A DNA stretch of 64,000 bases from Polaromonas sp. (GCF_018780625.1 NZ_JADMJK010000054.1:13437-77436); one strand, 5' to 3'; positions 1 to 10,268 are shown, counted from the stretch's first letter. Numbers and translations: made by a program. The notes: generated by a model from the sequence alone, not told the origin.

Positions 1-21
1 TACTGACTTTCATTGCTGCGC

Positions 22-726
22 TCATATTTCGCAGGCTGGGTGCTGGTCGTGCAGGGCGGGCCGCTGCAACACGGGACGGTTGCCCGCCAGGATGGAGGCC
101 AGAACAAAATCAACCGAGAACTGGCGCCAGGCGGCAATACCTCCGGGCGAAGTCGTGTCAAAGCCGGCGACTGCCGACACGGTGTAGCGATTGGTGAACC
201 CTCCGGTCGTGACCAGGGCCGAGGCAGCGCAAAACAGGCGTGCATCGACGCCTTGCTGGAATTCGCCGCTGGCCGCGCCGCGCCGCAGGATGCGCTCCAT
301 CTGGGTCACCAGGGCCGGCGCCATGTCGCTAAAGTGGTTGCGATGGACCACGTTGTGTTCGTGAAAGCGCAAACCCTCCTGCGCCAGCGCACCCAGTGCC
401 GGGTCGCTGCGGTACTGGTCAAAGGAATGCTCCAGCAAAACGCGCAGGGCAACGGTAGGCGGCAGGTGATCGAGTTCCAGCGCCAGCAGATCGGCCAGCA
501 CATCCTGCGCCGACTCGTCCAACACGCTGGCGAACAGTTCTTCTTTGCTGCTGAAGTAGTGGTAGACCAGCTGCTTGGTCACGCCTGCGGCGCGTGCAAT
601 CTCATCCACGCGCGCACCTGCCAGGCCTTTCTCGGAAAACGCCTGGCGCGCCTCCTTCAGCAACCGGGTGATCGTTGCGCGCTTCTTGGAGGGTGACGTG
701 GTTGTCTCGGCATCGGAAAGGGGCAT
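22..726 (-). CDS. TetR/AcrR family transcriptional regulator
   Basis: N-terminal HTH LLKEARQAFSEKGLAGARVDEIARAAGVTKQLVYHYFSSKEELF. Start placed at ATG 726; the ORF track extends to 792. Confidence 0.9.
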   Translation of the reverse strand: MPLSDAETTTSPSKKRATITRLLKEARQAFSEKGLAGARVDEIARAAGVTKQLVYHYFSSKEELFASVLDESAQDVLADLLALELDHLPPTVALRVLLEHSFDQYRSDPALGALAQEGLRFHEHNVVHRNHFSDMAPALVTQMERILRRGAASGEFQQGVDARLFCAASALVTTGGFTNRYTVSAVAGFDTTSPGGIAAWRQFSVDFVLASILAGNRPVLQRPALHDQHPACEI

Positions 727-812
727 GGCGTGGCAATCTCGGTGAAGCATGGCAACCCTGCGGCCCATTGCCTGCGTCGCCAGCCGGCCCATTTTAGGCC
801 GGCGTTGCCCGC

Positions 813-1541
813 TCAGAAACTCTGCGACAACGGCCGGACCACGATTTCATTGACGGCCACCTGATCCGGCTGGCCGATGGCATACACCACCGCATCGGCA
901 ATGGCATCGGCGGAGATCGCGCCTTCATACAGCTTTTGCGCCCGCTCCTTGAAAGCCGGAATCGTGATGCTCTCGGTCAGTTCGCTGGCCACCAGTCCGG
1001 GGCAGATCGTGGTCACCCGGACCTTGCCAACGCATTCCTGGCGCAAGCCTTCGCTGATGGCGCGCACCGCGAACTTGGTGCCCGAGTAGACCGCACTTCC
1101 CGGGCCGACCGTCAGCCCGGCGACCGATGAGATGTTGATGATGTGTCCGCTGCCCTGCGCCAGCATGCCGCCCAGCACCGCATGGATGCCGTGGAGGACA
1201 CCCTTGATGTTGACGTCGATCATGCGGCTCCAGTCGTCAACGCAGCCCTGCGCCAGCATTGAAATGGGCATGATGCCGGCATTGTTGATCAGCACGTCGA
1301 TGCGGCCAAAGCGCTCGCGTGCCGCCGTCGCCAGCGCTTCGAGTTCCTCCACCCTGGTCACATCAGCCGCTGCCCAGAGCGTGTTTTCGCCGAATTCTTC
1401 GGCCAGCCGGGCCAGGCGGTCGGTGCGCCGCGCCGCCAGCACCAGCCTGGCGCCATGCTGCGCCAGCCGGCGCGCGCAGGCCTCGCCGATGCCGCTGCTG
1501 GCGCCGGTGATCATCACAACTTTGTCTTGAATTAAATCCAT
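813..1541 (-). CDS. Short-chain dehydrogenase/reductase (NADP-type, YdfG-like)
   Basis: [15 protein letters not shown] and YSGTK motifs; AGGAGA RBS upstream. Confidence 0.93.
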   Translation of the reverse strand: MDLIQDKVVMITGASSGIGEACARRLAQHGARLVLAARRTDRLARLAEEFGENTLWAAADVTRVEELEALATAARERFGRIDVLINNAGIMPISMLAQGCVDDWSRMIDVNIKGVLHGIHAVLGGMLAQGSGHIINISSVAGLTVGPGSAVYSGTKFAVRAISEGLRQECVGKVRVTTICPGLVASELTESITIPAFKERAQKLYEGAISADAIADAVVYAIGQPDQVAVNEIVVRPLSQSF

Positions 1542-1606
1542 GTCCTTGTCTCCTTTTTCAATTAAATGATTTGCCCCGGGCTTACCCTGATGCCATCAAG
1601 TAAATT

Positions 1607-1631
1607 TATACACTAATCTTAAATTTGTTTA
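1607..1631. promoter_or_regulatory. Candidate operator TRWAC-N15-GTWYA in a divergent promoter region
   Basis: TATAC-actaatcttaaattt-GTTTA; the same spaced palindrome recurs upstream of several operons. Confidence 0.6.
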
Positions 1632-1741
1632 ATGAAAATTTGATCTGGGGTCAAACGATGGCTGCGTGCACAGCGTAATCCATCGATAGACTGCCTCGCA
1701 TCAACCTTAAAAATCACCCAAGTGATCAGGACTTTACGGAC

Positions 1742-2773
1742 ATGAAGCATTTCAAGACCCTTCCCGAGCGCGGTGACTTTGCCTACCAGGTGCTGGTGGC
1801 GCCGCACCAGGTCAGCGGCCGTGCGATGCACGATCTGCGCGGCTTTTTCGGCCTGAAGATCACCAAGGGCATGCCGTTTGGCTGCGTGCGCGACGACGAG
1901 GGCGAGATTTACGCCTTTGTGCGCGCCGTCAATGAACCCGGCAGCACGCCGAACCCGACCAAGTTCATCTACCAGTCCACCCGGCTGGACGGCGAGCATC
2001 TGCGCATCGACAAGTCACGCATGACGCCGCGCGCCATGACGCTGTTTCCCCAGCGCTGGCTGGACGGCGACACCGCCTGCTGGTCCAGCCTGGAAGGCGA
2101 GCCGGGAACGCCCTGGAACATCCGGGCCGGCGCCGACGGCATCCGCTGGCAGGAGGACGGGTTGTTCGACCTGAGCGGACCGCTGATGGGCAACGGGATG
2201 CAGTGGTATTTGCCCGGCGTGGAATGGGGAACCTTCTACGTCTCGCAGATTTTCGACATCGCCGGCACCTGCGATGGCCGGCAGGTCAAGGGCATGATGG
2301 TTTTCGACCAGGTGTACATGGCCGAAGGCGGCGCCGTCCACTTCAAGAAAGACCTGGTGGTCAACAACCACATGCATGTGCTCTGGTGGTCTTTCGCGAC
2401 GATTTACCAGGACGGCAGCTGGGATGTCGGCTCCTTCATGGTGGGCCATGACAACCTGGGATACGCCATTTTTCAGAATGACAAGGGCGAGATTCGCACC
2501 ACTACCGACATCGAAGCCAGTGTGAGGCACAAGGAAGGCAGCTATTTCGTCGAAAGCGCCTGCATCGTGCTCGATGGCCAGGAGGAATGGGAATTCTTGC
2601 CCTGCCCCAAGGGCGAAATGATCGACTTTGTGGGCGGCTTCCCGATCACTGCGCAACAGGAAGGCCGCTGGCGCCGCGTCGGCGACACCCGCGAACCCGA
2701 CCGCTGGTTCGGCTGGGGCGAATCGGATTGCCGCAACGGCACCGCGCGCAATGTGCGTGGTGCTGATCTTTGA
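1742..2773 (+). CDS. Hypothetical protein (343 aa, Trp/Gly-rich, probably beta-rich)
   Basis: Long ORF with host-like codon usage heading a + strand gene run; no motif recognised. Confidence 0.85.
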   Translation: MKHFKTLPERGDFAYQVLVAPHQVSGRAMHDLRGFFGLKITKGMPFGCVRDDEGEIYAFVRAVNEPGSTPNPTKFIYQSTRLDGEHLRIDKSRMTPRAMTLFPQRWLDGDTACWSSLEGEPGTPWNIRAGADGIRWQEDGLFDLSGPLMGNGMQWYLPGVEWGTFYVSQIFDIAGTCDGRQVKGMMVFDQVYMAEGGAVHFKKDLVVNNHMHVLWWSFATIYQDGSWDVGSFMVGHDNLGYAIFQNDKGEIRTTTDIEASVRHKEGSYFVESACIVLDGQEEWEFLPCPKGEMIDFVGGFPITAQQEGRWRRVGDTREPDRWFGWGESDCRNGTARNVRGADL

Positions 2774-2978
2774 CCCGTCAAGACAAGTCCGACGGGAACG
2801 CAAGTCCTGACTTGAACCGCCAGTCCATGAAATGACAAGAACAGACCGCAAACAAAGGCCAGAGGAAGGGAATAACCATGCTTGGGAAATATAAAGAAAT
2901 GCTCTGTCATCAGACACCGACGACATTTGACTGTGTTGAGGACACCGGCGAGAGCCTGAAAACTGCTAGCACCAAGCC

Positions 2979-3578
2979 ATGTTGATGCTCTACCATGCCC
3001 CCGGATCGTTCTCGTCGCGCATCTTGTGGCTGCTCGAAGAATTGGGCGCCGATTATCAGGTCGAAGTGGTCAGCTACCCTGAGGCTGACGGCAGCCATGC
3101 CGATCCACGCAACCCGCATCCCCATGGCTACACCCCGGCACTGGCGCACCAGGGCCAGGTGGTCACCGAAACGGGCGCCATCGCGCTCTACCTGACTGAC
3201 CTGTTTCCGCATGCCGAAGTGGGCGTGCCGGTGGGCCACCCGTTGCGCGCCCGCTACCTCACCTGGCTGTTCTACCAGGTCGGCCTGACCGAACCCCTGG
3301 TTTACATGAAGGGCAAGAAACTGCTGGAACAAGACGCGGCCATGTCACATTTGAACGACGCGATGATGGAGCACATCCACACCATATTGGCTTCCGGCTC
3401 CTACATCCTGGGTGAGCGTTTTACCGCAGTGGACATTCTTTACATGAGCCTGTTTGAGCAAGCACGCCCGTTGTTGGGGCCCAGCGTGGTGCTCGATGCC
3501 TACCTGGCCAGGGCTGATCGCCCCGCACGCCAGCGTGCCATTTTGAAAGACCTGTCTTGTGGACCGCGCGCTGCCTAG
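2979..3578 (+). CDS. Glutathione S-transferase family protein
   Basis: LYHAPGSFSSRILWLLEELG, NPHGYTPAL-like cis-Pro loop, TETGAIALYL, YILGERFTAVD. Start may be 2985. Confidence 0.9.
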   Translation: MLMLYHAPGSFSSRILWLLEELGADYQVEVVSYPEADGSHADPRNPHPHGYTPALAHQGQVVTETGAIALYLTDLFPHAEVGVPVGHPLRARYLTWLFYQVGLTEPLVYMKGKKLLEQDAAMSHLNDAMMEHIHTILASGSYILGERFTAVDILYMSLFEQARPLLGPSVVLDAYLARADRPARQRAILKDLSCGPRAA

Positions 3579-3613
3579 CCGAACACTGATCTTTAACCAC
3601 CATCGAGAAAAAC

Positions 3614-3961
3614 ATGGAAAAACAAGCCATCGCGGATTTTTTACACGCCCAGGTCAAGGCCTGGAATGCGGGCGACAAGGAGGGCTTTTTCGCCGCCTAC
3701 GCAAAGGCAGCGCCCAACGGCCTGCAGATTGAATATGTCGGCCGGCCGATGAGCGACGGCTGGCCGGTGCTGGAAGGCATGTGGGCGCAGCAAAGCGCCA
3801 AGATTGAAATCGAAGAAGTGCTGATGATCATCAATGGCGATGAAGCGGCCTGCCACAACCGCAACAAGGTGCGCGGCACGGCGATGGCCATTGAGACCAT
3901 CGAGTTGTACAGCTTTGACGCCGGCCGGGTCGTCGTCCGTTATTTCATCCAGCAACCCTGA
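3614..3961 (+). CDS. NTF2/SnoaL-like protein
   Basis: 115 aa; AWNAGDKEGFFAAYA helix followed by a strand pattern ending IELYSFDAGRV. Confidence 0.75.
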   Translation: MEKQAIADFLHAQVKAWNAGDKEGFFAAYAKAAPNGLQIEYVGRPMSDGWPVLEGMWAQQSAKIEIEEVLMIINGDEAACHNRNKVRGTAMAIETIELYSFDAGRVVVRYFIQQP

Positions 3962-3972
3962 GCGCCAGCACC

Positions 3973-4383
3973 ATGAACAATATTGATCAAGCCCGTATCG
4001 AGAACTTCATGACCGGCCAGGTGGCAGCGTGGAACCGGCATGACAAGGCTGGCTTCATGGCCCTGTACCGGGAAATGGCACCCGAATTGCTGGACATCCA
4101 GTACGCCGGCCGGCCCCGGCAGGAAGACGGCTGGCTGGTGATCGAGGAGATGTGGGACAAGCACAACCACCAGATCACGCTGCAAGTGGGCATGACCATC
4201 ATCAACGGCCATGAGGCGGCGGTCCAGCATGGCAACCTGATCAATGGCACGGACCAGTCGATTGAGAGCATTGAGACCTACCGCTTTGAGCCGGGGCGGC
4301 TGTATGTCTGCTACTTTCTCAAGCCACCGGCAGGCGAAACGGTAGATACCAGCCAGTTCAGGGGATTTGCGGACGCGCCCTGA
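3973..4383 (+). CDS. NTF2/SnoaL-like protein (tandem paralog)
   Basis: Aligns with the upstream gene: QVxAWNxxDKxGF, IxYxGRP, DGWxV, IINGxEAA, IExYxF. Confidence 0.75.
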   Translation: MNNIDQARIENFMTGQVAAWNRHDKAGFMALYREMAPELLDIQYAGRPRQEDGWLVIEEMWDKHNHQITLQVGMTIINGHEAAVQHGNLINGTDQSIESIETYRFEPGRLYVCYFLKPPAGETVDTSQFRGFADAP

Positions 4384-4444
4384 ACCTGCTGACGAAAAAC
4401 CACCTGGCTTGCAATCAAGGTGTTTAAGACAGCCAGCAGTCTTT

Positions 4445-4498
4445 GCTACTGAATTAATAGCTGCTTGTACAGTTTGTGCCTGCGCCAGAGGCCTATTT
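4445..4498 (+). repeat. Comamonadaceae-type intergenic (REP-like) repeat, copy 1
   Basis: GCTAC-N8-TAGCTGCTT-N14-TGCGC(C/T)AGAGGC; a second copy with the same spacing lies at 58157-58210 on the minus strand. Confidence 0.65.
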
Positions 4499-4546
4499 GA
4501 TGCTTTAAAATTGTTTGCTGGCCATCAAAAACCAATGCGCTCCAAT

Positions 4547-5728
4547 TCAGGAGGCCCTGGGCAGGCGCATGGCCTGCCAGGCCCCCAGAGACAGCACGGC
4601 ACCGGTGACCCAGAACACGGGCGCCACCCCGAGCGCAGCGCCTATGGCGCCAAACGTCAGCGGCATCACCAGCGTGGACAAATGGACAAAGGTCGTGCGC
4701 AGGCCTATCGCTTCGCCCTGGCGATCCGGTGGCGTGACCTGGTGCAGCGTGGACATCACCGCCGGCTGAATTGCGCCTAAGGCGATACCCAGCAAGGCGG
4801 CACAGCCGGCCATGGCCCAGGCGCTATCGAGCAGCGGATACACCCCGAACATGGCCGCCGTCATGGCCAGCGCAACGCCCATCATCAGGCGCGGTGACAA
4901 GCGTTCGGCCACCATCGGGATCAGCAGGCGAACGGCCGCAGAAGCAATGGCATAAGCGGCCAGCACCATGCCGATGGCCGAGGCGCTCAAGGCCCGTTCG
5001 TGGCCCAGGATGGGCAAGGCGAAGCTGTGCGCATCCCAGGTCGCGGCAATCAGCCAGTTGATGAACAGCAGGCGCCGGTAGTCGGGCAGGCGCAGCAGGT
5101 CCCAGGCTTTTGCAGGCGGTCCTGCGTTAGCCGACTTTGGCTTTGGGACGATGTCTTCGCGCGGCACCCAGCGGGTGAACACCAGCGTCAGCAGCGGCAG
5201 CAGCGCCAAGGCCGCAAAGGCAGTGCGAAAACCGGCATGGTCAATCAGCACGCCGGCCATCATCGGCCCGGCAAAGTTGGCGATGGCGGGCGCCAGGGCA
5301 ATCCAGCTGAAGATACGCAGCCGCTCTGCCGGATTGCGGGCCAGCCGGCCGGCACTGCGCTGCAGCGCGATCATGCCCAGGCTGGAGCCTGCGCCGACCA
5401 GCAGCGCGGCGATGCACAGCGCCAGAAGATGCCCGGACGATGCGGCCACCAGCGCCCCGGCGAACGACAGCGCCAGAGCCAGATGCACCGGCCGGTGATA
5501 ACCGAGGCGGTCGGCCATGCGCCCGGCCGGCAGCGCCAGTAACACCGGAAGCACCGCAAACAGGGCCATGAGCATGCCCAGAACGGTGGCACCCAGTCCC
5601 TGCTGCAGCGCTTGCAGGGGAATCGCCATGCGGGCGCCATTGAGGCAACCGTGCAGGCCCACCTGGCAGGCCACCAGCGCCATCACGGTCGATCGGCTGA
5701 TGTCAGCCGTCGCCGCTTCAGGCTTCAT
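4547..5728 (-). CDS. MFS transporter
   Basis: About 12 hydrophobic segments; motif A GRMADRLGYHR; overlaps the stop of the upstream gene. Confidence 0.9.
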   Translation of the reverse strand: MKPEAATADISRSTVMALVACQVGLHGCLNGARMAIPLQALQQGLGATVLGMLMALFAVLPVLLALPAGRMADRLGYHRPVHLALALSFAGALVAASSGHLLALCIAALLVGAGSSLGMIALQRSAGRLARNPAERLRIFSWIALAPAIANFAGPMMAGVLIDHAGFRTAFAALALLPLLTLVFTRWVPREDIVPKPKSANAGPPAKAWDLLRLPDYRRLLFINWLIAATWDAHSFALPILGHERALSASAIGMVLAAYAIASAAVRLLIPMVAERLSPRLMMGVALAMTAAMFGVYPLLDSAWAMAGCAALLGIALGAIQPAVMSTLHQVTPPDRQGEAIGLRTTFVHLSTLVMPLTFGAIGAALGVAPVFWVTGAVLSLGAWQAMRLPRAS

Positions 5729-6227
5729 AGGCGCGCTGCGCTTGGGTCATGCGGCCACCGGCCAGCATCAGCGCGCAAAACATGTTGAGTTCCACCACTT
5801 CCGGGGTCGTGAAATAGAGGGCCAGTTCGGCAAAGATGGTTTCATCAATCGACAGCGGGTCCGACGCAAACAGTTCGGCATAGCGCAGGGCAGCACGTTC
5901 AGTCGCGCTAAAACGAGCGTCCTCCGAAGAGAGGCAGGCGATATCCGTCTCACTCACTTCACCGCTTTTGCGCGCGACCTGGCAGGCGCGGCAGGTGGTG
6001 AAGGCGGAAATGCGCAACCGCACCAGTTCGCGCAGCCGCGCATCGAGAATGCCGTGGATGTGCATCTGGTCCAGCGTGGCCAGCCAGGCCTGCGCAAGCG
6101 CCGGGCGGTGCGCCCACACCTGGATCGGCAGCGTGGAGCTGAGCATGCGGGTCTGCACGCCCCGCTCCACCGCTTGCGCCAGCGCCGGCGGAAAATCCGC
6201 CAGCGGAATCATCGGCAGCAAAGCCAT
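5718..6227 (-). CDS. Carboxymuconolactone decarboxylase / AhpD-like protein (ditP position)
   Basis: LDARLRELVRLRIS...CRAC (CxxC) and ERAALRYAE motifs; start ATG 6227 just after the thiolase stop. Confidence 0.82.
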   Translation of the reverse strand: MALLPMIPLADFPPALAQAVERGVQTRMLSSTLPIQVWAHRPALAQAWLATLDQMHIHGILDARLRELVRLRISAFTTCRACQVARKSGEVSETDIACLSSEDARFSATERAALRYAELFASDPLSIDETIFAELALYFTTPEVVELNMFCALMLAGGRMTQAQRAYEA

Positions 6228-6240
6228 GGCCGGTGCCGGG

Positions 6241-7413
6241 CTAGAGTCGCTCAATGATGGTGGCCGTCGCCATGCCACCGGCGCAGCAGATCGTCTGCAG
6301 GCCGTAGCGGGCGCCACGGCGCTCCATCTCATGCAGCAGCGAGGTCATGATGCGCGCACCGCTGGCACCCAATGGATGGCCGAGCGCGATGGCGCCGCCA
6401 TTCACGTTGAGCTTTTCGTGCGACACGCCGACTTCCTTCATCCAGACCAGGGGCACTGGCGCGAAGGCTTCGTTGACCTCGAACAGATCGATGTCGTCGA
6501 GCGTCAGCCCGGCCTTGACCAGCACCAGCCGCGTCGCAGCAATCGGGCCGGTCAGCATCAGCGTCGGGTCAGAGCCGACCGTGGCGACGGCTCTGACACG
6601 GGCGCGCGGCTTGACGCCCAGGGATTGAGCCTTGTCGGCCGACATCAGCAGCAGCATGGCCGCGCCATCGGAGATTTGCGACGAATTGCCGCCGGTCAGG
6701 CGGCCGTCGGGGCGAAAGCTGCTTTTCAGCGTGGCCAGCTTCTCGGCGGCTGTGCCGGGGCGAATGGTTTCGTCGGCGACAAACAGCGGAGCGTCGCCTT
6801 CGAGTGATTTTTCCCGCAGTTGGGCCACCGGCACCGGAACGATCTCGCTCTTGAACCAGCCTGCCGCCGCCGCTGCGGTGGCTCGGCGATGGCTTTCCAC
6901 CGCAAACGCATCGAGCGATTCGCGACTGAGCTGCCACTTATCGCACAGGCGCTCGGCGGCTTCGCCCTGGCCGGTCAGTTCATAGCGCCCAGCAGCCATC
7001 CAGCCGAAAGCCTCGCCATGCAGGTCGCGGTTGCTGCCCATGGGAACGCGGCTCATGTTTTCAGCGCCGCCAGCCACCACCACGTCGGCCGCGCCGCAGG
7101 CGATCAGGCCAGCCGCCACATGCACGGCCGCTTCGCCCGAGCCGCATTTTCGGTCAATCGTCAGGCCGGGAATCGACACCGGCCAGCCAGCACCGAGCAG
7201 CGAGGTACGGGCGATGTTGGCCGACTGCTCGCCGATTTGCGTGACGCAGCCGAAGATCACATCGTCAACCACCTCGGGGCTCAGGCCGACGCGCTTGACC
7301 AGTTCGTCAATTACCAGCGCGCCCAGATGGTCGGCGCGAACGCCGGCCAGGCTGCCCCGGAACTTGCCGACCGGCGTGCGCGCGGCGCCGACAATCACGA
7401 CATCGCGGCTCAC
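6241..7413 (-). CDS. Acetyl-CoA acyltransferase (thiolase), DitO-like
   Basis: DRKCGSG, NEAF, GHPLGASG and CCAGG catalytic motifs intact. Dit label is from gene order only. Confidence 0.95.
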   Translation of the reverse strand: MSRDVVIVGAARTPVGKFRGSLAGVRADHLGALVIDELVKRVGLSPEVVDDVIFGCVTQIGEQSANIARTSLLGAGWPVSIPGLTIDRKCGSGEAAVHVAAGLIACGAADVVVAGGAENMSRVPMGSNRDLHGEAFGWMAAGRYELTGQGEAAERLCDKWQLSRESLDAFAVESHRRATAAAAAGWFKSEIVPVPVAQLREKSLEGDAPLFVADETIRPGTAAEKLATLKSSFRPDGRLTGGNSSQISDGAAMLLLMSADKAQSLGVKPRARVRAVATVGSDPTLMLTGPIAATRLVLVKAGLTLDDIDLFEVNEAFAPVPLVWMKEVGVSHEKLNVNGGAIALGHPLGASGARIMTSLLHEMERRGARYGLQTICCAGGMATATIIERL

Positions 7414-8312
7414 AGCGCGCTTCCCTTCATGCCGGAGCCCGGCACGCGCTGGCCGTTTTCATACTTGTAGACGCCGTGGCCGGTCTTGCGGCCGTAACGC
7501 CCGGCCGCGACCATCTTGATGATCAGCGGGCACGGGCGAAACTTGTCGCCCAAAGTCTGGTGCAGGTATTTCAGCACCGCCAGCCGGGTGTCCCAGCCCG
7601 TCAGGTCGCCCAGTTCGAGCGGACCCATCGGGTGATTGAATCCCAGGCGCAGCGCAGTGTCGATGTCCTCGGCGGTGGCAGTGCCTTCCTGCAGCATCCA
7701 CATCGCCTCGTTGCCGGCCAGCGCCGACATGCGGCTGGTGGTCAGGCCGGGCGACTCGCTGACCACGATCGACTGCTTGTTGATCGCTTCGCAATATGCG
7801 CGCATCGTCGCCACGGTTTCGTCGCTGGTGGCCAGGCCGCGCACCAGTTCGACCAGCTTCATCTTGTGAACCGGATTGAAAAAGTGCATGCCCACCACGC
7901 GTTCCGGAGAAGCGACTGCCGTGGCGATTTCGGTGACGCTCAGGGCCGAGGTGTTGGTCGAATAAATCGCGTTGTCGGCCATTTCGGCCGCCGCCTGCGT
8001 CACCACGGCCTTTTTGACCGCCAGGTTTTCCGACACGGTCTCGATTAGCAGGTGCGCGCCCGCCGCTGCGGCGGTCAAGTCGGGCTGCATCGCAAGGCAG
8101 GACTTGGCCGCCTCGGCGGCCGCCGCCTCAATCTTGCCGAGCTTGACGCCGTCATCGAGGATCTTGTGAATCGCCTGTTGCGCACGGTCCAGCGCCTGGC
8201 CGTTGCTGTCCACCAGCGTGGTTGCAAAGCCGGAAGCGGCAAAGGCGTGGGCAATGCCGGTGCCCATCAGCCCGGCCCCGACCACCACCACTTTATTGTT
8301 CTGTAAGCTCAT
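7410..8312 (-). CDS. 3-hydroxyacyl-CoA dehydrogenase, DitN-like
   Basis: GAGLMGTGIA, NTSALS, GMHFFNP, HPMGPLEL; start MSLQNN at 8312. Confidence 0.95.
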   Translation of the reverse strand: MSLQNNKVVVVGAGLMGTGIAHAFAASGFATTLVDSNGQALDRAQQAIHKILDDGVKLGKIEAAAAEAAKSCLAMQPDLTAAAAGAHLLIETVSENLAVKKAVVTQAAAEMADNAIYSTNTSALSVTEIATAVASPERVVGMHFFNPVHKMKLVELVRGLATSDETVATMRAYCEAINKQSIVVSESPGLTTSRMSALAGNEAMWMLQEGTATAEDIDTALRLGFNHPMGPLELGDLTGWDTRLAVLKYLHQTLGDKFRPCPLIIKMVAAGRYGRKTGHGVYKYENGQRVPGSGMKGSAL

Positions 8313-8325
8313 ATTTTTTCTCCGT

Positions 8326-9177
8326 TCATGCAGGTTCGATGGCCGAGACCGTGTTGCACAAGGTGCCGATGCCCTCCACGCTTGCCTCCACCACATCGCC
8401 AGGGTTAAGGAAGCGGCCGGTGCCATGGCCGGTGCCCTCGGGGGAACCGGTGAACAGCACGTCGCCGCATTCAAAAGTCGAGCGCTCGTCAACGAAGCGC
8501 ACCAGTTCGGCCACGTCCCAGGTCATGTCGCCAGACGAGGCATCCTGACGCGTCTCGCCGTTGACCTTCAGGCGCAGGCGCAACTTGGGACTGCCTTCGG
8601 GGAACTCATCACGCGTGACGATCCACGGCCCAAGTCCTGTCGTGCGGTCCTGGCTTTTGGCCGCGAACAGGTCCATGCCGACGCCAGGCGGCCCGCTGCG
8701 TTGCAGGTCTCGCGCGCTGACGTCGTTGCCGACGGTGTAGCCCAGCACGCTAGACAGCGGGTTCTGGCGATCCACCTTCCCAGCGCCAATCACCGCCACC
8801 AGCTCGACCTCATGATCGAGTTCGCGGGTCAATGGTGGGTAGCGGATCGGGTCGTTGGCCCCGATCAGCGCGCCATAGGCTTTCAGGAATGCAATCGGCT
8901 GGTGGTGCGACTTCATGCCAAAGTCGGCCGCCAGGTGTTTGGCGTAGTTGGCGCCAGCCACCATCACGCGGTTGACTTTCTCGATGGGCGGCAACAACCG
9001 AACGCCGGCCAGCGGCCGGGCCGGGCCGGCCATCTGCAGCGCGCTAGCGCCTTCGCCGCGCGTCAGCGCGGGCGCCCAGTCGGCAAACGCACCGGCAATC
9101 GGCGTGACTTCGCCGCGCTCGGTGTTCACCACGGCCCAGAACGGCGCAACGCCGTCTGTGCAGCGTGCGATTTTCAT
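8326..9177 (-). CDS. Fumarylacetoacetate hydrolase family protein, DitM-like
   Basis: GANYAKH, DHEVEL, NDVSARD, GDVLFTGSPEG motifs. Confidence 0.92.
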   Translation of the reverse strand: MKIARCTDGVAPFWAVVNTERGEVTPIAGAFADWAPALTRGEGASALQMAGPARPLAGVRLLPPIEKVNRVMVAGANYAKHLAADFGMKSHHQPIAFLKAYGALIGANDPIRYPPLTRELDHEVELVAVIGAGKVDRQNPLSSVLGYTVGNDVSARDLQRSGPPGVGMDLFAAKSQDRTTGLGPWIVTRDEFPEGSPKLRLRLKVNGETRQDASSGDMTWDVAELVRFVDERSTFECGDVLFTGSPEGTGHGTGRFLNPGDVVEASVEGIGTLCNTVSAIEPA

Positions 9178-10268
9178 GCGCTCACCGCTGGCTTGGTGGC
9201 GGTTGCGCCGACTTTGGCGGGGTCCAGATGCAGCAGCTCGCAGGCGTTCTTCCAGCGAATTTTTTGCAGGTCGTCATCCGACAATTTCAGCCCATCGGTC
9301 AGGTCGTGCCGGATGGCGTCGCTGCCGCCAAAGTTGCTGCCGTACAGGATGCGATCGGCGCCAATGACCTCGATCAGCGCCTGGCGCATGGGCAACTCGT
9401 GCAGCTCGACGTCGAAATAGAAGTTGCGCAGGTAGTCCAGAACGGGTTTTTTGTTGTGGAATACATCCAGGTTCGGGTTGGTCTGCGCCAGACGGCCAAG
9501 CTGGTAGGGCACAAAGCCACCGCCGTGGGTGATGTACACCTTGAGCTTGGGGAAACGGTCAAACACGCCGCCATTGACCAGGTACCAGAAGGCCTTGGTT
9601 TCGTCGTAGTTCATGCCGACGATGGCTGTGGTCTCGTAGCGGTCGGTGTTGGCCTTGTCGCCCCAGGTGACCGACTGGTTGTAGCCATGCACGAACATCG
9701 GCAGATCGAGGTCGCACAGCGCTTCCCAGACCGGGTCCATCTCCTTGGAGTCGAATTCCAGGCCGCCGAAGTTCGAGCCGCCCGCGCCCAGGCCCTTAGC
9801 GCCCAGCTGGGTGCAGGCACGGCGGATTTCCTTAGCCGCTTCCACCGGATTCTGCAGGGGAGCCTGGGCCCAGTACATCAGGCGGTCAGGCGCTGCCGAG
9901 CAGTATTCGGCCAGGACATCGTTGACCTTCTGGGCAAACGGAATCGCGTAGTCCAGTTCGGTCCAGTACATGTAGCAGTGCGACGGCACCGACACCACCT
10001 GGGCGTTCTGGCCGGCGGCATCCATGCCGGCCAGGCGGGTGTTGGGATCGCGCCAGCGCGAGGTGTATTCATTGACGCTCAGCGCCTTGCCTTCGGCTTT
10101 GGCCTTGCGCAGCGCAGCCTTGCGCTCGGGCGCGCCCAGGCTCAGGATCCAGTCGCCAACGCGCAGCTTGATGTCGCCGTCGGGTTGCGACTCAAAGGCC
10201 GGTCCCCAGTACGGGTCCTGGTCGTAATAGTCGGGATGCGGTGCATGGGCATGAAGGTCGATAAGCAT
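9174..10268 (-). CDS. Amidohydrolase_2 (ACMSD/LigW-type decarboxylase or hydratase), DitL-like
   Basis: IDLHAH, FVHG, THGGG, YFD, LYGSN motifs; GGAG RBS. Confidence 0.9.
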   Translation of the reverse strand: MLIDLHAHAPHPDYYDQDPYWGPAFESQPDGDIKLRVGDWILSLGAPERKAALRKAKAEGKALSVNEYTSRWRDPNTRLAGMDAAGQNAQVVSVPSHCYMYWTELDYAIPFAQKVNDVLAEYCSAAPDRLMYWAQAPLQNPVEAAKEIRRACTQLGAKGLGAGGSNFGGLEFDSKEMDPVWEALCDLDLPMFVHGYNQSVTWGDKANTDRYETTAIVGMNYDETKAFWYLVNGGVFDRFPKLKVYITHGGGFVPYQLGRLAQTNPNLDVFHNKKPVLDYLRNFYFDVELHELPMRQALIEVIGADRILYGSNFGGSDAIRHDLTDGLKLSDDDLQKIRWKNACELLHLDPAKVGATATKPAVSA

